Assembly: GCA_951406725.2 (NCBI GenBank)
Contig: OX597824.1
Coordinates: forward strand, 83,824,001-83,888,000
DNA length: 64,000 nucleotides
From: Octopus vulgaris
Lineage: Eukaryota
Reading direction: 5' to 3'
The translations under genes and the position numbers were made by a program. Under the pieces are notes generated by a model. The model was not told the DNA's origin and searched no databases. It saw nothing but the letters and a program-made list of their open reading frames with translations. This document shows positions 1-12,346 of this stretch, one piece after another (within the stretch, counting starts at the first letter, position 1; every line of letters starts with the position of its first letter).

Positions 1-332
1 CTGGAAATTTTTCTATCATAGCTTTATAAACATCATCAGACATTCTAATTAAGAGTCTGTCCTTGGAGGTTTTGAGGACGAAATCCTCAAATTCCTTTCC
101 TTCTGTCTCTATACTGATTTTATTTTGATTTACAAAATCCATCAATTCATTGTTGCTCTTGCTCACAACACAATGGATACATTTCATCTACAGTCTGATG
201 AATATTTTTGAAGTTTTGTAATCAGTTGTTTCTCAGTTTCTTTTCCATGCTGTTGTTGATCTTGATTTTGCAGTTTTTGTTGGAATGGTTGTGAATTGTG
301 TTGCCGTTGTGGTTTCAGAATAAGATTGTTGT

Positions 333-751
333 AAGGCGGCGAGCTGGCAGAAATGTTAGCACGCTGGACGAAATGCTTAGCGGTATTTCGTCTGCTGTTA
401 CGTTTTGAGTTCAAATTCCGCCAAGGTTGACTTTGCCTTTCATCCTTTCAAGGTCGATAAATTAAGTACCAGCTATGCACTGGGGGTCGATGTAATCGAC
501 TTAATCCGTTTGTCTGTCCTTGTTTGTCCTCTCTGTGTTTAGCCCGTTGTGGGTAATAAAGAAATAGGTATTTTGTCTGCTGTTACATTCTGAGTTCAAA
601 TTCTGCCAAGGTCGACTTTGCCTTTCATCCTTTCAGGGTCGATAAATTAAGTACCAGTTACGCACTGGGGTCGATGTAATCGACTTAATCCCTTTGTCTG
701 TCCTTGTTTAGTCCCCTCTGTGTTTAGCCTCTTGTGGACAATAAAGAAATA
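333..751 (+). mobile_element. tRNA-derived SINE with Nin-like central domain and duplicated body
   Basis: Head aaggcggcgagctggcaga, B-box-like gagttcaaattcc, core gcctttcatcctttc..ggtcgataaattaagtaccag present twice; TSD agaataagatt(g/t)ttgt. Further copies near 3300-3515(+), 7140-7362(-), 17130-17345(+), 17894-18060(+), 23360-23576(+), 40146-40520(+), 46655-47055(+), 59795-60015(-). Confidence 0.8.
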
Positions 752-999
752 AGAATAAGATTTTTGTTGATTTCTTGGGGTAGAGCTGTGTACTCTCCTC
801 CACTTCCACCTACCCCCTTTTATCACTGTGATCCATTGATCATTCAGCTCTCCATGTCATTGCAGTTGGTTTGGGAGGAAGCTCATTCAGGAGAAACTTG
901 CTTCCATGGCAACTACTACCAGCATCCCTGTCATTAGTGCCTTCTCCATCATCATTATTGTAAGAGACTGTTTATTAATGATTGATTGTTGTTATCCAG

Positions 1000-1178
1000 G
1001 TGTGTGAAGCAGACTTTCACAATCTGATGTTTGGGGACTACATGAACCCAGACGCCATGATAGACGAAAGAGTGTACACCGAAGTGAAGTCACTGGACGA
1101 TATGTATCACGTTGTCCATACATACATGGAAGAATACAACAATACCCACAAAACTTCAATGGATCTGGTCATATTTCG
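1000..1178 (+). CDS. DNAH12: Axonemal dynein heavy chain (DNAH12-like), window exon 1 (AAA3-AAA4 junction)
   Basis: ttatccag|GTG acceptor, CG|gtaaga donor; VCEADFHNLMFGDYMNPD...EEYNNTHKTSMDLVIFR; phase 2 joins the next exon to give [10 protein letters not shown]. Confidence 0.9.
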
Positions 1179-1181
1179 GTA

Positions 1182-2050
1182 AGACACACTACATAAGTAT
1201 ATATACACATGCAGACTATTGACACCATGTACATCATTCATCATCATTTAGTGTCTGCTTTCCATGGATTAGACATGCTACATGAATATATACACATGCA
1301 GACTATTGCCAACATGTACATCATTCATCATTATTTAGCATCTGCTTTCCATGGGTTAGATATGCTACATGAATATATACACATGCAGACTATTGCCAAC
1401 ATGCACATCATTCATCATCATTTGGTGTCTGCTTTCCATGGACTAGGTATACTACATGGATATATACACATGCAGACTATTGCCAATTTACACATCATTC
1501 ATCATTATTTAGTGTCTGCTTTCCATGGATTAGATATGCTACATGAATATATACACATGCAGGCTATTGCCAACATGCACATCATTCATCATCATTTGGT
1601 GTCTGCTTCCATGGATTAGACATGTTACATGAATATATACACATGTAGACTATTGACACCATGTACATCATTCATCATTTAGTGTCTGCTTTCCATGGGT
1701 TAGATATGCTACATGAATATATACACATGCAGACTATTGACACCATGCACATCATTCATCATCATTTAGTGTCTGCTTTCCATGGATTAGACATGCTACA
1801 TGAATATATACACATGCAGACTATTGACACCATGCACATCATTCATCATTTAGGGTCTGCTTTCCATGGATTAGACATGCTACATAAATATATACACATG
1901 CAGACTATTGCCAACATGTACATCATTCATCATCATTTAGTGTCTGCTTTCTATGGGTTAGACATGCTACATAAATATATACACATGTAGACTATTGACA
2001 CCATGTACATCATTCATCATCATTTAGTGTCTGCTTTCCATGGATTAGAC
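1182..2050. repeat. About 87-bp minisatellite, 10 copies
   Basis: Unit agacatgctacatgaatatatacacatgcagactattg..catcattcatcatcatttagtgtctgctttccatggatt starting at 1182, 1271, 1358, 1445, 1532, 1618, 1702, 1789, 1873 and 1960. Confidence 0.95.
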
Positions 2051-2346
2051 GGTTTGACTGAAACTGGTAAACTGGAGGGTTACACCAGGTTCCAATCTAA
2101 CTTGACATGGTTTCTGTGGCTGGATGCCCTTCCTAATGCCAACCACTCCAAGAATGTAATCGGTGCTAGCAACTTGACACCAGCTTTGGCCACAACTACA
2201 ATTTCACTTGGCTTGATGGGTCTTCTCAAGGTCTCGGTCACTTATCATTGCCTCCTTGGGGGCCACCATAAACAAATGCTTGCATATGTACATATACACA
2301 ATATGTGTAATATATGTAGTGTGTGTGTATGTATGCAATGAGTATG

Positions 2347-2381
<35 letters not shown>

Positions 2382-2929
2382 ACAACATTGTCATCATTAT
2401 CATCGTCTTATGTCCACTTTACCATGATTTCATGGATCAGATGCCCTTCCTGTCACCAAACCTCACCTGTTTCCAAGCAAGGTAATATTTTCTCACAGCT
2501 GGACAAGTTTCCCAATCAGTCTTGGAAATGAACAACACTGCTTGTATGACAGTGACACTTCTTTACAACTATCACACAATGTCCAAGACAAAACACACAC
2601 ACATACAATGGACTGGCTTCTTTCCATTTCCATCTAGTAACTCCATTCACAAGGCAATGGTCAGTCATCGTCATCATTATCATCATTTAACATCCATTTT
2701 TCATGCTGGCATGGGTTGGATAATTTGACAGGGACTGGCAAAGAAGAGGAGTGCACCATCTTCTGTCTACTTTGGCATGATTTCTAAGGCTGGATGCTCT
2801 TCCTAATACCAACCACTTTACCTGATGCTTTTTATGTTGTACCAGCACCACTGCAATAGTGAACTTCACTTACCCAGGGTGCTACACAGTAGGACTGAAA
2901 CCAAAACTCTGTGGTTAGGAAGCAGACTT

Positions 2930-3280
2930 CTTAGCTACAACTGCATCTAAGCCATATGCGCATCTAACGTACACCTGTGCAACTAAGCTTTACCTGTGTC
3001 TAAGCCACACCTGTGTCTAAGTCGAGCCTGAATCTAAGCCACACCTGCATCTAAGCCATACTTATGTCTAAGCTATACCTGTGTTTTACCCAGACTTGTG
3101 TCTAAACCACACCTGCCTCTAATCTACACCTGCCTCTAACCTACACCTGCATCTAATCCACACCTGTGTCTAACTCTCATTTACCTCTAACCCACATGTG
3201 CATCTAAGCCACACCTCTGTGTAACTCATACCTGACTCTAAACCATACCTGCGTCTTAGCCACACCTGCACTTAAGTCAT
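2930..3280. repeat. Degenerate 17-bp minisatellite, about 20 copies
   Basis: Consensus taagccacacctg(tg/ca)tc, continuous with a minus-strand SINE head at about 2870-2945. Confidence 0.85.
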
Positions 3281-3724
3281 AGCTATATTCATGAATTTAT
3301 GGCAGCGAGCTGGTAGAAACCTTAGCACGGCGGGCGAAATGCATAGCCGTATTTCATCTGCTGTTACGTTCTGGGTTCAAATTCCACCGAGGTCGACTTT
3401 GCCTTTCATCCTTTCGGGGTCGATAAATTAAGTACCAGTTACGCACTGGGGTTGATGTAATCGACTTAATCTGTTTGTCCTCTCTGTGTTTAGCCCCTTT
3501 TGGGTAGTAAAGAAATATATATTCATGAATTTACAAAGGAAAGTACTCACTTATGAACTAAAGTGTAATTTTTTTATTACAGTATTTAGATTACTTTCTG
3601 TTGCTACTCTGAGTATTGTTAATCAACTTAGAACTATAATACTTGAATTAGCATCAGGGAGTAACCCCAGTATTGTTATATGTATATATCATACCCATCT
3701 TTCTCTCTCTTTCTCTCTCTGCAG

Positions 3725-3917
3725 ATATGTGTTGGAGCACCTATCAAGAATCTGTCGGATTTTGTGTTCCCCTGGTGGCAATGCTCTCTTGGTAGGAGTT
3801 GGTGGTAGCGGGCGCCAATCTTTGACCCGATTAGCCAACGCAATGGCTTGCTACCATTTGTTCCAACCAGAGATTACCAAGAGTTATGGAAAGACAGAGT
3901 GGAGAGAAGACATAAAG
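3725..3917 (+). CDS. DNAH12: Dynein heavy chain exon 2, AAA4 P-loop
   Basis: ctctgcag|A acceptor, AAG|gtaatt donor; [37 protein letters not shown]...[19 protein letters not shown]; the [10 protein letters not shown] and FQPEI motifs resemble DNAH12 as recalled. Confidence 0.93.
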
Positions 3918-3930
3918 GTAATTGTATTAC

Positions 3931-3980
<50 letters not shown>

Positions 3981-4015
3981 TGTATATACATACATACATA
4001 TATATATATACATAC

Positions 4016-6288
4016 AAAAGTGTAACTGCTAGAGTAAGAATAGCCTGGGCAAAGTTTAGAGAGCTCTTACCCCTGCTGGTGACAAAAGGCCTCTCGCTCA
4101 GAGTAAAAGGCAGACTGTATGATGCATGTGTACGTACAGCCATGCTACATGGTAGTGAAACATGGGCCGTGACTGCTGAGGATATGCGTAAGCTCGCAAG
4201 AAATGAAGCCAGTATGCTCCGATGGATGTGTAATGTCAGTGTTCATAATCGTCAGAGTGTAAGTTCCTTGAGAGAAAAGCTGAACCTAAGAAGCGTCAGT
4301 TGTGGCGTGCAAGAGAGACGGCTGCGCTGGTATGGTCATGTGACAAGAAAGGCTGAAGATAGTTGTGTGCAAAAGTGCTACACCCTAGCAGTGGAGGGAA
4401 CCTGTGGAAGAGGTAGACCCAGGAAAACCTGGGACGAGGTGGTGAAGCACGACCTTCGAACTTTAGGTCTCACTAAGGAAATGTCTAGAGACCGAGACCT
4501 ATGGAAGTATGCTGTGCATGAGAAGACCCGGCAAGACTAGTCAGGCCATAACCCGTGGCCCCGACTTGGGACGTAGTCAGTCCTGTGCATACCTTCCTTC
4601 TTGTGACACTTATAAAGACCTGTTGAGGCAAGTGAAAATCAAATCAAATCAAAACAAATCAAAATAGATGAACATCAGTGGAATTGTATTCTTTGTGGTA
4701 CCAGTGCCGGTGGCACACAAGAAAACCACCCAAACGTGGCCGTAACCAGTACCGCATCGACTGGCCTCCGTGCTGTGGGCACAACAAACACCATCCGATC
4801 GTGGCCGTTCGCCAGCCTCATCTGGCACCTGTGCCGGTGGCACATAAAGACACCATCCGAAGACCCGGCGACGTAGTCAGTCCACCTGTGCATACCTTCC
4901 CTCTTATGACACTTGTGAAGACCTGTTGAGGCAAGTGTGTGACACTTGTGAAGACCTGTTGAGGCAGAGGCAAGTGTGTGACACTTGTGGAGACCTGTTG
5001 AGGCAAGTGTGTGACCCGTGTGAAGACCTGTTGAGGCAAGTGAAAATCAAACCAAATCAAATCAAAATAGATGAATATCAATGGAATTTGTATCTTTGTG
5101 GTTCCAGTACCGGTGGCACACAAGAAAACCATCCGAACGTGGCCGTAGCTGGTACCGCATCGACTGGCCTCCGTGCTGTGGGCACAACAAACACCATCTG
5201 ATCGTGGCCGTTCGCCAGCCTCACCTGGCACCTGTGTCGGTGGCACATAAAAACACCATCCAAAGACCCGGCGACGTAGTCAGTCCACCTGTGCATACCT
5301 TCCCTCTTATGACACTTGTGAAGACCTGTTGAGGCAGAGGCAAGTGTGTGACACTTTGTGAAGACCTGTTGAGGCAGAGGCAAGTGTGTGACACTTGTGG
5401 AGACCTGTTGAGGCAAGTGTGTGACACGCGTGACACTTGTGAAGACCTGTTGAGGCAAGTGAAAATCAAACCAAATCAAAATAGATGAACATCAATGGAA
5501 TTTGTATCTTTGTGGTTCCAGTACCGGTGGCACACAAGAAAACCATCCGATCGTGGCCGTTCGCCAGCCACATCTGGCACCTGTGTCGGTGGCACATAAA
5601 GACACCATCCGAAGACCCGGCGACGTAGACAGTCCACCTGTGCATACCTTCCTTCTTGTGACACTTGTGAAGACCTGTTGAGGCAAGTGAAAATCAAAAA
5701 AAAAAAAAAAATCAAATCAAATCAAAACAAATCAAAATAGATGAACATAAATGGAATTTGTATCTTTGTGGTACCAGTGCCGGTGGCACACAAGAAAATC
5801 ATCCGAACGTGGCCGTAGCCAGTACCGCATAGACTGGCCTCCGTGCTTTGGGGACGTAACAAACACCATCCGATCGTGGCCGTCCGCCAGCCTCATCTGG
5901 CACCTGTGTCGGTGGCACATAAAAACACCATCCGAGCGTGGCCGTCTGCCAGCCTCGTCTGGCACCTGCCAGCCTCATCTGGCACATAAAAACACCATCC
6001 GAGCGTGGCCGTCTGCCAGCCTCGTCTGGCACCTGTGTCGGTGGCACATAAAAACACCATCCGAGCGTGGCCGTTCGCCAGCCTCGTCTGGCACCTGTGT
6101 CGGTGGCACATAAAATCACCCACTACACTCTCGGAGTGGTTGGCGTTAGGAAGGGCATCCAGCTGTAGAAACACTGCCAGATCTGACTGGCCTGGTGCAG
6201 CCTTCGGGCTCCCCAGACCCCAGTTGAACCGTCCAACCCATGCTAGCATGGAAAACGGACGCTAAATGATGATGATGATGATGATGAT
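4016..6288 (+). mobile_element. 5'-truncated RTE-clade LINE: C-terminal ORF fragment, long repetitive 3' UTR and (GAT)n tail
   Basis: Open frame 4016-4540 ARVRIAWAKFRELLPLL..KGRLYDACVRTAMLHGSETW..RRLRWYGHV..GRGRPRKTW; inserted in a (TA/CA)n tract. Confidence 0.92.
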
Positions 6289-6330
6289 ACACATATATGT
6301 ATATATATATATATATACACATATATGTAT

Positions 6331-6365
<35 letters not shown>

Positions 6366-6370
<5 letters not shown>

Positions 6371-6751
6371 CTCTATATAAACGGCAGTTTGTCTGTGCGT
6401 GTTTCTGTGTGTCTGTTTTCTCGTACCCTCACCCTGACCACGGCTTTCAACCGATTCTGATGAAACTTGACACACACATAGCCCAATGTCATAATTCAAA
6501 ACTAACGCAGCGAAAATTTTGAAAAGTTCCCCCAGTTCTGAAAAAAATCGATAAATTCGACATGGGGTCGAGAATAAAAAAAAACAAACCACAGACTGTC
6601 TAGGGGACGCAACTCAACCTTTTATTACTCTCAAAAAAAAATTTACCATCATTTTTTTCCCATTTTTTTGCTATTTTTTGGCTATAACTCTCTAAAAATG
6701 CTTTATAGTTATTTCCCTTACAAACCTGAGCAACGCCGGGCGATACTGCTA

Positions 6752-6752
<1 letters not shown>
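6366..6752 (+). mobile_element. Non-autonomous Helitron
   Basis: 5' TC(tctctatataa); subterminal hairpin cctgagcaacgccggg; 3' CTAG followed by T. Confidence 0.75.
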
Positions 6753-6789
<37 letters not shown>

Positions 6790-8845
6790 TCATCATCATC
6801 TTTTAACATCCGTTTTACACGCTGACATGAGTCGGACGGTTTGACTGGGGAGTGGCATGCCAGGAGGCTGCACCAGGCTCCAATCTAATCTGGCAAGGTT
6901 TCTACAGCTGGATACCCTTCCTAATGCCAACCACTCCAAGAGTTTAGTGGGTGCTTTTTGCATGCCACCATCTTGGAAGCCAGTCAGGCAGCGCTAGCAT
7001 CGGTCACAACTACAATTTTCAATTTGATTGAGATTTTGATTGTGATTTTCATTTTGACTCAGTAGGTCTCCTCTATACATATATAAACACACACATCATC
7101 ATTATTACTGTCATCACAGCTTAACATCTGTTTTCCACACCTATTTCTTTACTACCCACAAGGGGCTACACACAGAGGGGACAAACAAGGACAGACAAAC
7201 AGATTAAGTCGATTACATCAACCCCAGTGGTACTTAATTTATCGACCCCGAAAGGATGAAAGGCAAAGTCGACCTCGGCGGAATTTGAACTCAGAACATA
7301 GTGGCAGATGAAATACCTCTAAGCATTGCGCCCGGTGTGCTAACGTTTCTGCTAGCTCGCCACCTTTCTGTTTTCCATACCATCATGAGTTGAATGGTTT
7401 GATAGAAGCTGTCGATCCAGAGAACTGTGCCATGCTCCAGTGTCTGATTTGGTATGGTTTCTACAACTTGATGTTCTTCCTAATACCGGCCACTTCACAG
7501 AGTTTACTGGATGCTTTTTACATGGCACCAGCACTAGTGAGGACACCAAGTAACTAGCAAGACAAAATCTCTCAACTGAGTTGGGTATAGTATTGAGGGA
7601 GGTGGCTTTTGTGCCAAGTGATGAGAGGTTAAGTTATGATAGAGGGACAGAAATATGTGACCTCCACTGGAGGAAATACATGGTTAAGCCATTGTGAAAA
7701 AGAGAGAAGATGGTGGTGATGAAAGGTAGGGCATAGCCTCAAGTTACAGGAAAGTGAATCTAAGAAAAGTGGTCCAAGGAGTTAGACAGGACGAGTAGGA
7801 AGGTAAGTTCATGAGAATGTGAAAGGGGAGTGGCAGATAGATAGAGATGGACAAGAGAGGTGGATGCAGGGAATGGTGAAGAAGGGTGAAAGTATGTTTA
7901 CTATTTACACACAGAAGAATTAACAGGACAATTTATTCTGAATAATTAAGATTATTAATGAAAGTGAACACTTGTAGTCTGCTTGAAGCAATGTTATTTG
8001 AATGGGAACATTGGAAGATTAATAAAAGACACTTAATTATGAAGAATTTTAGGAAGTTCAGTATATTCAACCAAAGCAGAAAGACACCTGTATTGTATCC
8101 TGGTCCATGACCATTTTGGTGTTCAAATCACACCAATGATTGTAAAATGTTTGGGCGTGGCTGTGTGGTTGACAAGCTTGCTTCTTTATCGTGTGGTCTT
8201 GGGTTCAGTTCACACTTAATGTGTGATGCTTTGGGCAAGTATTTTCTATTATAGTCCTGCGCTGGTCAAAACTTTGTGAGTGGATTTGACTGAATGGAAA
8301 TTGAAAGAAGCCCTTCACATAAATGTATGTACATGCATGTGTGTGTTTGAGTCTGTGTGTCTTGAATTTGAGCATTAGTTGTAATATGAGTATCAGACAT
8401 GCAGTGCCATTTATTTCCAGTCTTCTGTCAGAATATATCTGGCCATGGGGGAAATATTGCCTTTCTTGGAAAGAGGTGAGATTTGTCAACAGGGAGAGTA
8501 TCCAGCTGTAAAATATCTGCCTTACCAAATTCCATTCAGCCCATGCCAACATGGTAAAGTAGATGTTAAAATGAAGAAGAGGAAGGGCAGGAGATGCATA
8601 TGTATATATTATACATGTACAATATGTGTAAATATATATATATGTATGTATGTACTGGGACTCCATCGGTTACAACGCTGAGGGTTCCAGTTGATCCAAT
8701 TAATGGAACAGCCTGCTCATGAAATTAGCGTGCATATGGCCAAGCACTCCACAGGTACTTGTACCTTTAATATAGTTCCCAGGAAGATGAAACATAACAC
8801 AGAATGTGACAAGACTGGCTCTTTGAAATACAAGTACAACTCATA

Positions 8846-9241
8846 CAGGGTGGCCCCAAAATAGGTGTGCAGTTATCATGTAAGCACTTGAAATTTCTTT
8901 TAGAACATTTTATTACACTTAAATTTCTCTCTTACAATTAACCAAATTAGCATAGAACAGTGCTTTTCAAACTTTTTGCTGGAGCGGAACCCCAAGGAAA
9001 CATTCCACTGGCTCAAGGAACCCCTGTGCAATAATTTAATAGTCTTATGCACACATATCTGCACAGGAGAATTAAAAATTACTACCGATTTTAGCAGTTT
9101 TGTAACTTCTTGCGGAACCCCTGGACTGTACTGGCAGAACCCTGGTTGAAAACCACTGGCATAGAATAATAGTTTCATTTAATATATGAATGCGAAAGGG
9201 ATAGTTGAATAACTGTAAACCTACTCTTTTGGGCCACCCTG
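8846..9241. mobile_element. Tc1/mariner-type MITE
   Basis: TIRs ta|cagggtggcccc..ag(t)aggt and acctact..gggccaccctg. Confidence 0.75.
8958..9158. mobile_element. hAT MITE nested in the Tc1 MITE
   Basis: TIRs cagtgcttttcaa / ttgaaaaccactg; perfect 8-bp TSD gcatagaa. Confidence 0.88.
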
Positions 9242-9412
9242 TTTTTGCCAGCTGAGCGGACTGCAGCAATGTGAAATGAAGTGTCTTGCTCAAGGACACA
9301 ATGTGATGCCAGATATTGAACTCACGACCTCACAGTTGTGAGCCAAAGAACCCTAACCACTAATCTACACAACTTCACTGTTTGTATGTACATACTGTAC
9401 TTATACAATGTT

Positions 9413-9477
<65 letters not shown>

Positions 9478-10017
9478 GTATGTATGTATGCATATATATA
9501 TGTATGTATTGAAACTATACACTCTTAAGACAAGGGTTAATAGTTCAAAGAATCATAATCTTATAAATAATAAACACCTCTCAGACATAGATACTTAGTC
9601 TGAGGGTGTATTTCAGACATAGCTAAATACTAAATATAAACAACATTTCTAGTTAGTCCTGTGTCAAGGGTTAACAATATGAAGTATAATAACCTCCAGC
9701 CACAGTTGAACGAGTCTTCCTATGGATGCCCATAAGTGAAACAATGTGTTCCATTATCCAATCCATCTACTACTAAGACACTGGCCTTGAATTTTCTTAA
9801 CAGACATGGAATATGAAGGCTCTCATGTAACTCTGATAGTCTCTTGAATGGGGAATAAAAAAAAACAAAAAAAATTTGCTGGAAGCTTTGCTGTGTATTT
9901 CTTTCCTAGGGCTTTGTTGCTGCTGTTGTTCTTCGCAGTTTCTATTTTGGTGGGCGGTCGGTCAACATTGCGTTTGCTCTCAGGAATCTCCAATGAAAGG
10001 TGTTTCACTTCCAGGGA

Positions 10018-10219
10018 TTCTTCTTCTTCTTCTTCTTCTTCTTCTTCTTCTTCTTCTTCTTCTTCTTCTTCTTCTTCTTCTTCTTCTTCTTCTTCTTCTT
10101 CTTCTTCTTCTTCTTCTTCTTCTTCTTCTTCTTCTTCTTCTTCTTCTTCTTCTTCTTCTTCTTCTTCTTCTTCTTCTTCTTCTTCTCCTTCTCCTTCTCC
10201 TTCTCCTCCTCCTCCTCCT
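10018..10219. repeat. (TTC)n microsatellite of about 55 units grading into (TCC)n
   Basis: Direct reading; source of the poly-E/S/L/R/F/K ORFs. Confidence 0.98.
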
Positions 10220-10402
10220 TTTTTGGCATAGTGTTGTTGAGGAGAAGCAAAGACAATGATTGTAGACTTTGCAAATGCTGTGAGCTGAAGAGTGATTTGG
10301 TAGAGAAAATGATATATAGATGTGTAAATATGTGTGTATATATGTATGTATACACACACACATATATATATGTGTGTGTGTGTGTTTATATGTCTGTGTG
10401 TG

Positions 10403-10455
<53 letters not shown>

Positions 10456-10510
10456 TGCATTCATATGTATGTATATGAATAAAGTTTTATTTATTTTTTA
10501 ATACAGGAAG

Positions 10511-10552
<42 letters not shown>

Positions 10553-11509
10553 CATACATATGCATACATACATACATACATACATACATACGCATACATA
10601 TATGAAAATAAAGATACATAATATATACATACATACTTGTATGTATGTATGTAATCTCAACAAACTGTTTGAAGAATTATATATATGTAATGAAACAAGT
10701 TTTAAATATCAGAATTGTGTGAGTGAAAGGTTTGACAGCACTGTTTCACATTATGCCTGGAACATTATAAAGATAAACCAAAATTGTATATGTGGTGAGA
10801 CAGATAAAGAGATAGATTGATTAGCAGATAGCTAGGCAAGTTTGTATTAACTTGTTTTATATATAAACTATGAAATAGCTAACAAGAAATAAATTTAGTG
10901 CTGAGACAGATAGAAAGCTAGAGTGGTGTATGTTTAGGTTAATGTAAACATATTTGATGTATGGTGCATTAGAATGATAACTAGAGCTATGTATTGTGAG
11001 ACAGAAAAATAAATGGGTAAACTGAGAGTTTGGTTGTCAGAAATTTAGAAATGTATGCAAGGCTGTGCTGTTAAGAAGATCACTTTGCAACCACATAGTC
11101 TTGGGTTCAGTCCCACTGTGTGGTACTTTGGGCAAGTGAATTCTGCTATAGCCCCAGGCAGACAAAAGCCTTGTGAATGAATTTGATAGACAGAAGCTGT
11201 GTGGAAACCTGCCATGTGTGTGTGTGTGTGTATTTCCCCACACATATACACTCACACACTGTTTAACAGCTGGTATATTTTTGCTAGAATGAAAGGCGGA
11301 AAGCTGGCAGAAGGAGATTTGGCTGCTATTTCTAGAATGTTGTGCAACCATTTAGAGGCTTTTTTGTCAGCTTTTATTTCACAGGGAATTTCTGTCATTG
11401 GTTTTTATTAGCAAGATCTGAAGACTGACCCTACAACATGCATAAGCCCTATCACCCCCACCAAGAAAAAATGAAAAAAACAAAATAAAATGGATGCACA
11501 CACACACAC

Positions 11510-11989
11510 ATCATCATCATCATTGTTCGACCGTGGTCGAGACAATGGAATTTACCATGCTACGCCAGACTTCATGGTCCATCATGGCATTACGGAGGTC
11601 CTGTTGCTGGATGCCTGTATCCCTGGAGATTACATCAGGGTAGGAGAGTGTGCGCCCTCTGGTATTGCGAGTAGATGGCTTCCAGAGGAGAAGAGTAGAA
11701 ATTACTTCGTTTTCAGCTCTACAACAATGTCCAGCAAACTGGACTCTCCTACCTTTCACAAGAGATGACACAGGTGGTAGTTTCCCATATATTTGCATTT
11801 TGGTTGGATGGCGCTTCCACGAGAGATTTTGAGCTCTCATAAGGAGGCGAGTGTAGGTTCCATCCAACCGCCTCTCAAGCTTCTTTGATAACGTCCAGGT
11901 TTCTGAGCCATATAGTAGAATTGGTTTGACTGTGGCTTTGAAGATTTCAAGTTTGAAGTCTCTACTTAGATTTGATGACCAGATCTTAA

Positions 11990-11991
<2 letters not shown>
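11510..11991 (-). mobile_element. 5'-truncated RTE-like LINE (second family)
   Basis: IKIWSSNLSRDFKLEIFKATVKPILLYGSETWTL..LDGTYTRLLMR..RRVQFAGHC; stop codon runs directly into a (TGA)n tail; flanked by (CA)n on both sides. Confidence 0.88.
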
Positions 11992-12023
<32 letters not shown>

Positions 12024-12184
12024 CCTATTTTATTTCAGTGACATAATAAGGGACTGTATGTTTAGAAAAATTGAATTTGTGCTCGTAACAACATTGAGAT
12101 TTTCCTTATAACTTACTGAATTCTTCCATTTATAGGCATTCATTTAGAATATGATTCTTCTTCCCTCTCGTTCTGTCTTTCCAG

Positions 12185-12346
12185 GGTGTACTAAAAGAAG
12201 CTGGTGGTCTAAACAAGCCTGTATCATTCCTAATCACTGACACGCAAATCAAAGAGGAGAGATTCCTAGAAGATATTGACAGTCTTCTCAACACTGGAGC
12301 TGTTCCCAATCTCTTCACAGCTGAAGAGAGAGGTGAAGTTTTAGAG
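12185..12346 (+). CDS. DNAH12: Dynein heavy chain exon 3 (AAA4); absent from the ORF track
   Basis: tctttccag|GGT ... GAG|gtttgt; 162 bp; GVLKEAGGLNKPVSFLITDTQIKEERFLEDIDSLLNTGAVPNLFTAEERGEVLE. Confidence 0.93.

Larger units (their letters stand above)
8655..9370 (-). mobile_element. tRNA-derived SINE interrupted by nested MITEs
   Basis: Tail is the reverse complement of the 36770 and 51774 SINE tails; tRNA-like head (gtggttagggtt..gagttcaat) near 9315-9370. Confidence 0.65.

Noticed and set aside
1209-2341. His-rich 29-aa repeat ORFs as a metal-binding protein
   Set aside because: Product of an 87-bp intronic minisatellite; broken by a frameshift and stops; unit partly derives from an RTE tail
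4900-5470. CRISPR-like array of about 30-bp repeats
   Set aside because: No unique spacers; tandem sub-repeats of a LINE UTR in a eukaryote; no cas genes
4616-5700. ctgttgaggcaagtgaaa as a hammerhead core in the RTE 3' UTR
   Set aside because: A6 is missing, there is no pairable stem II and no stem I/III partners
9823-10482. Poly-E/K/R/S/L/F ORFs
   Set aside because: Translations of a (TTC)n microsatellite
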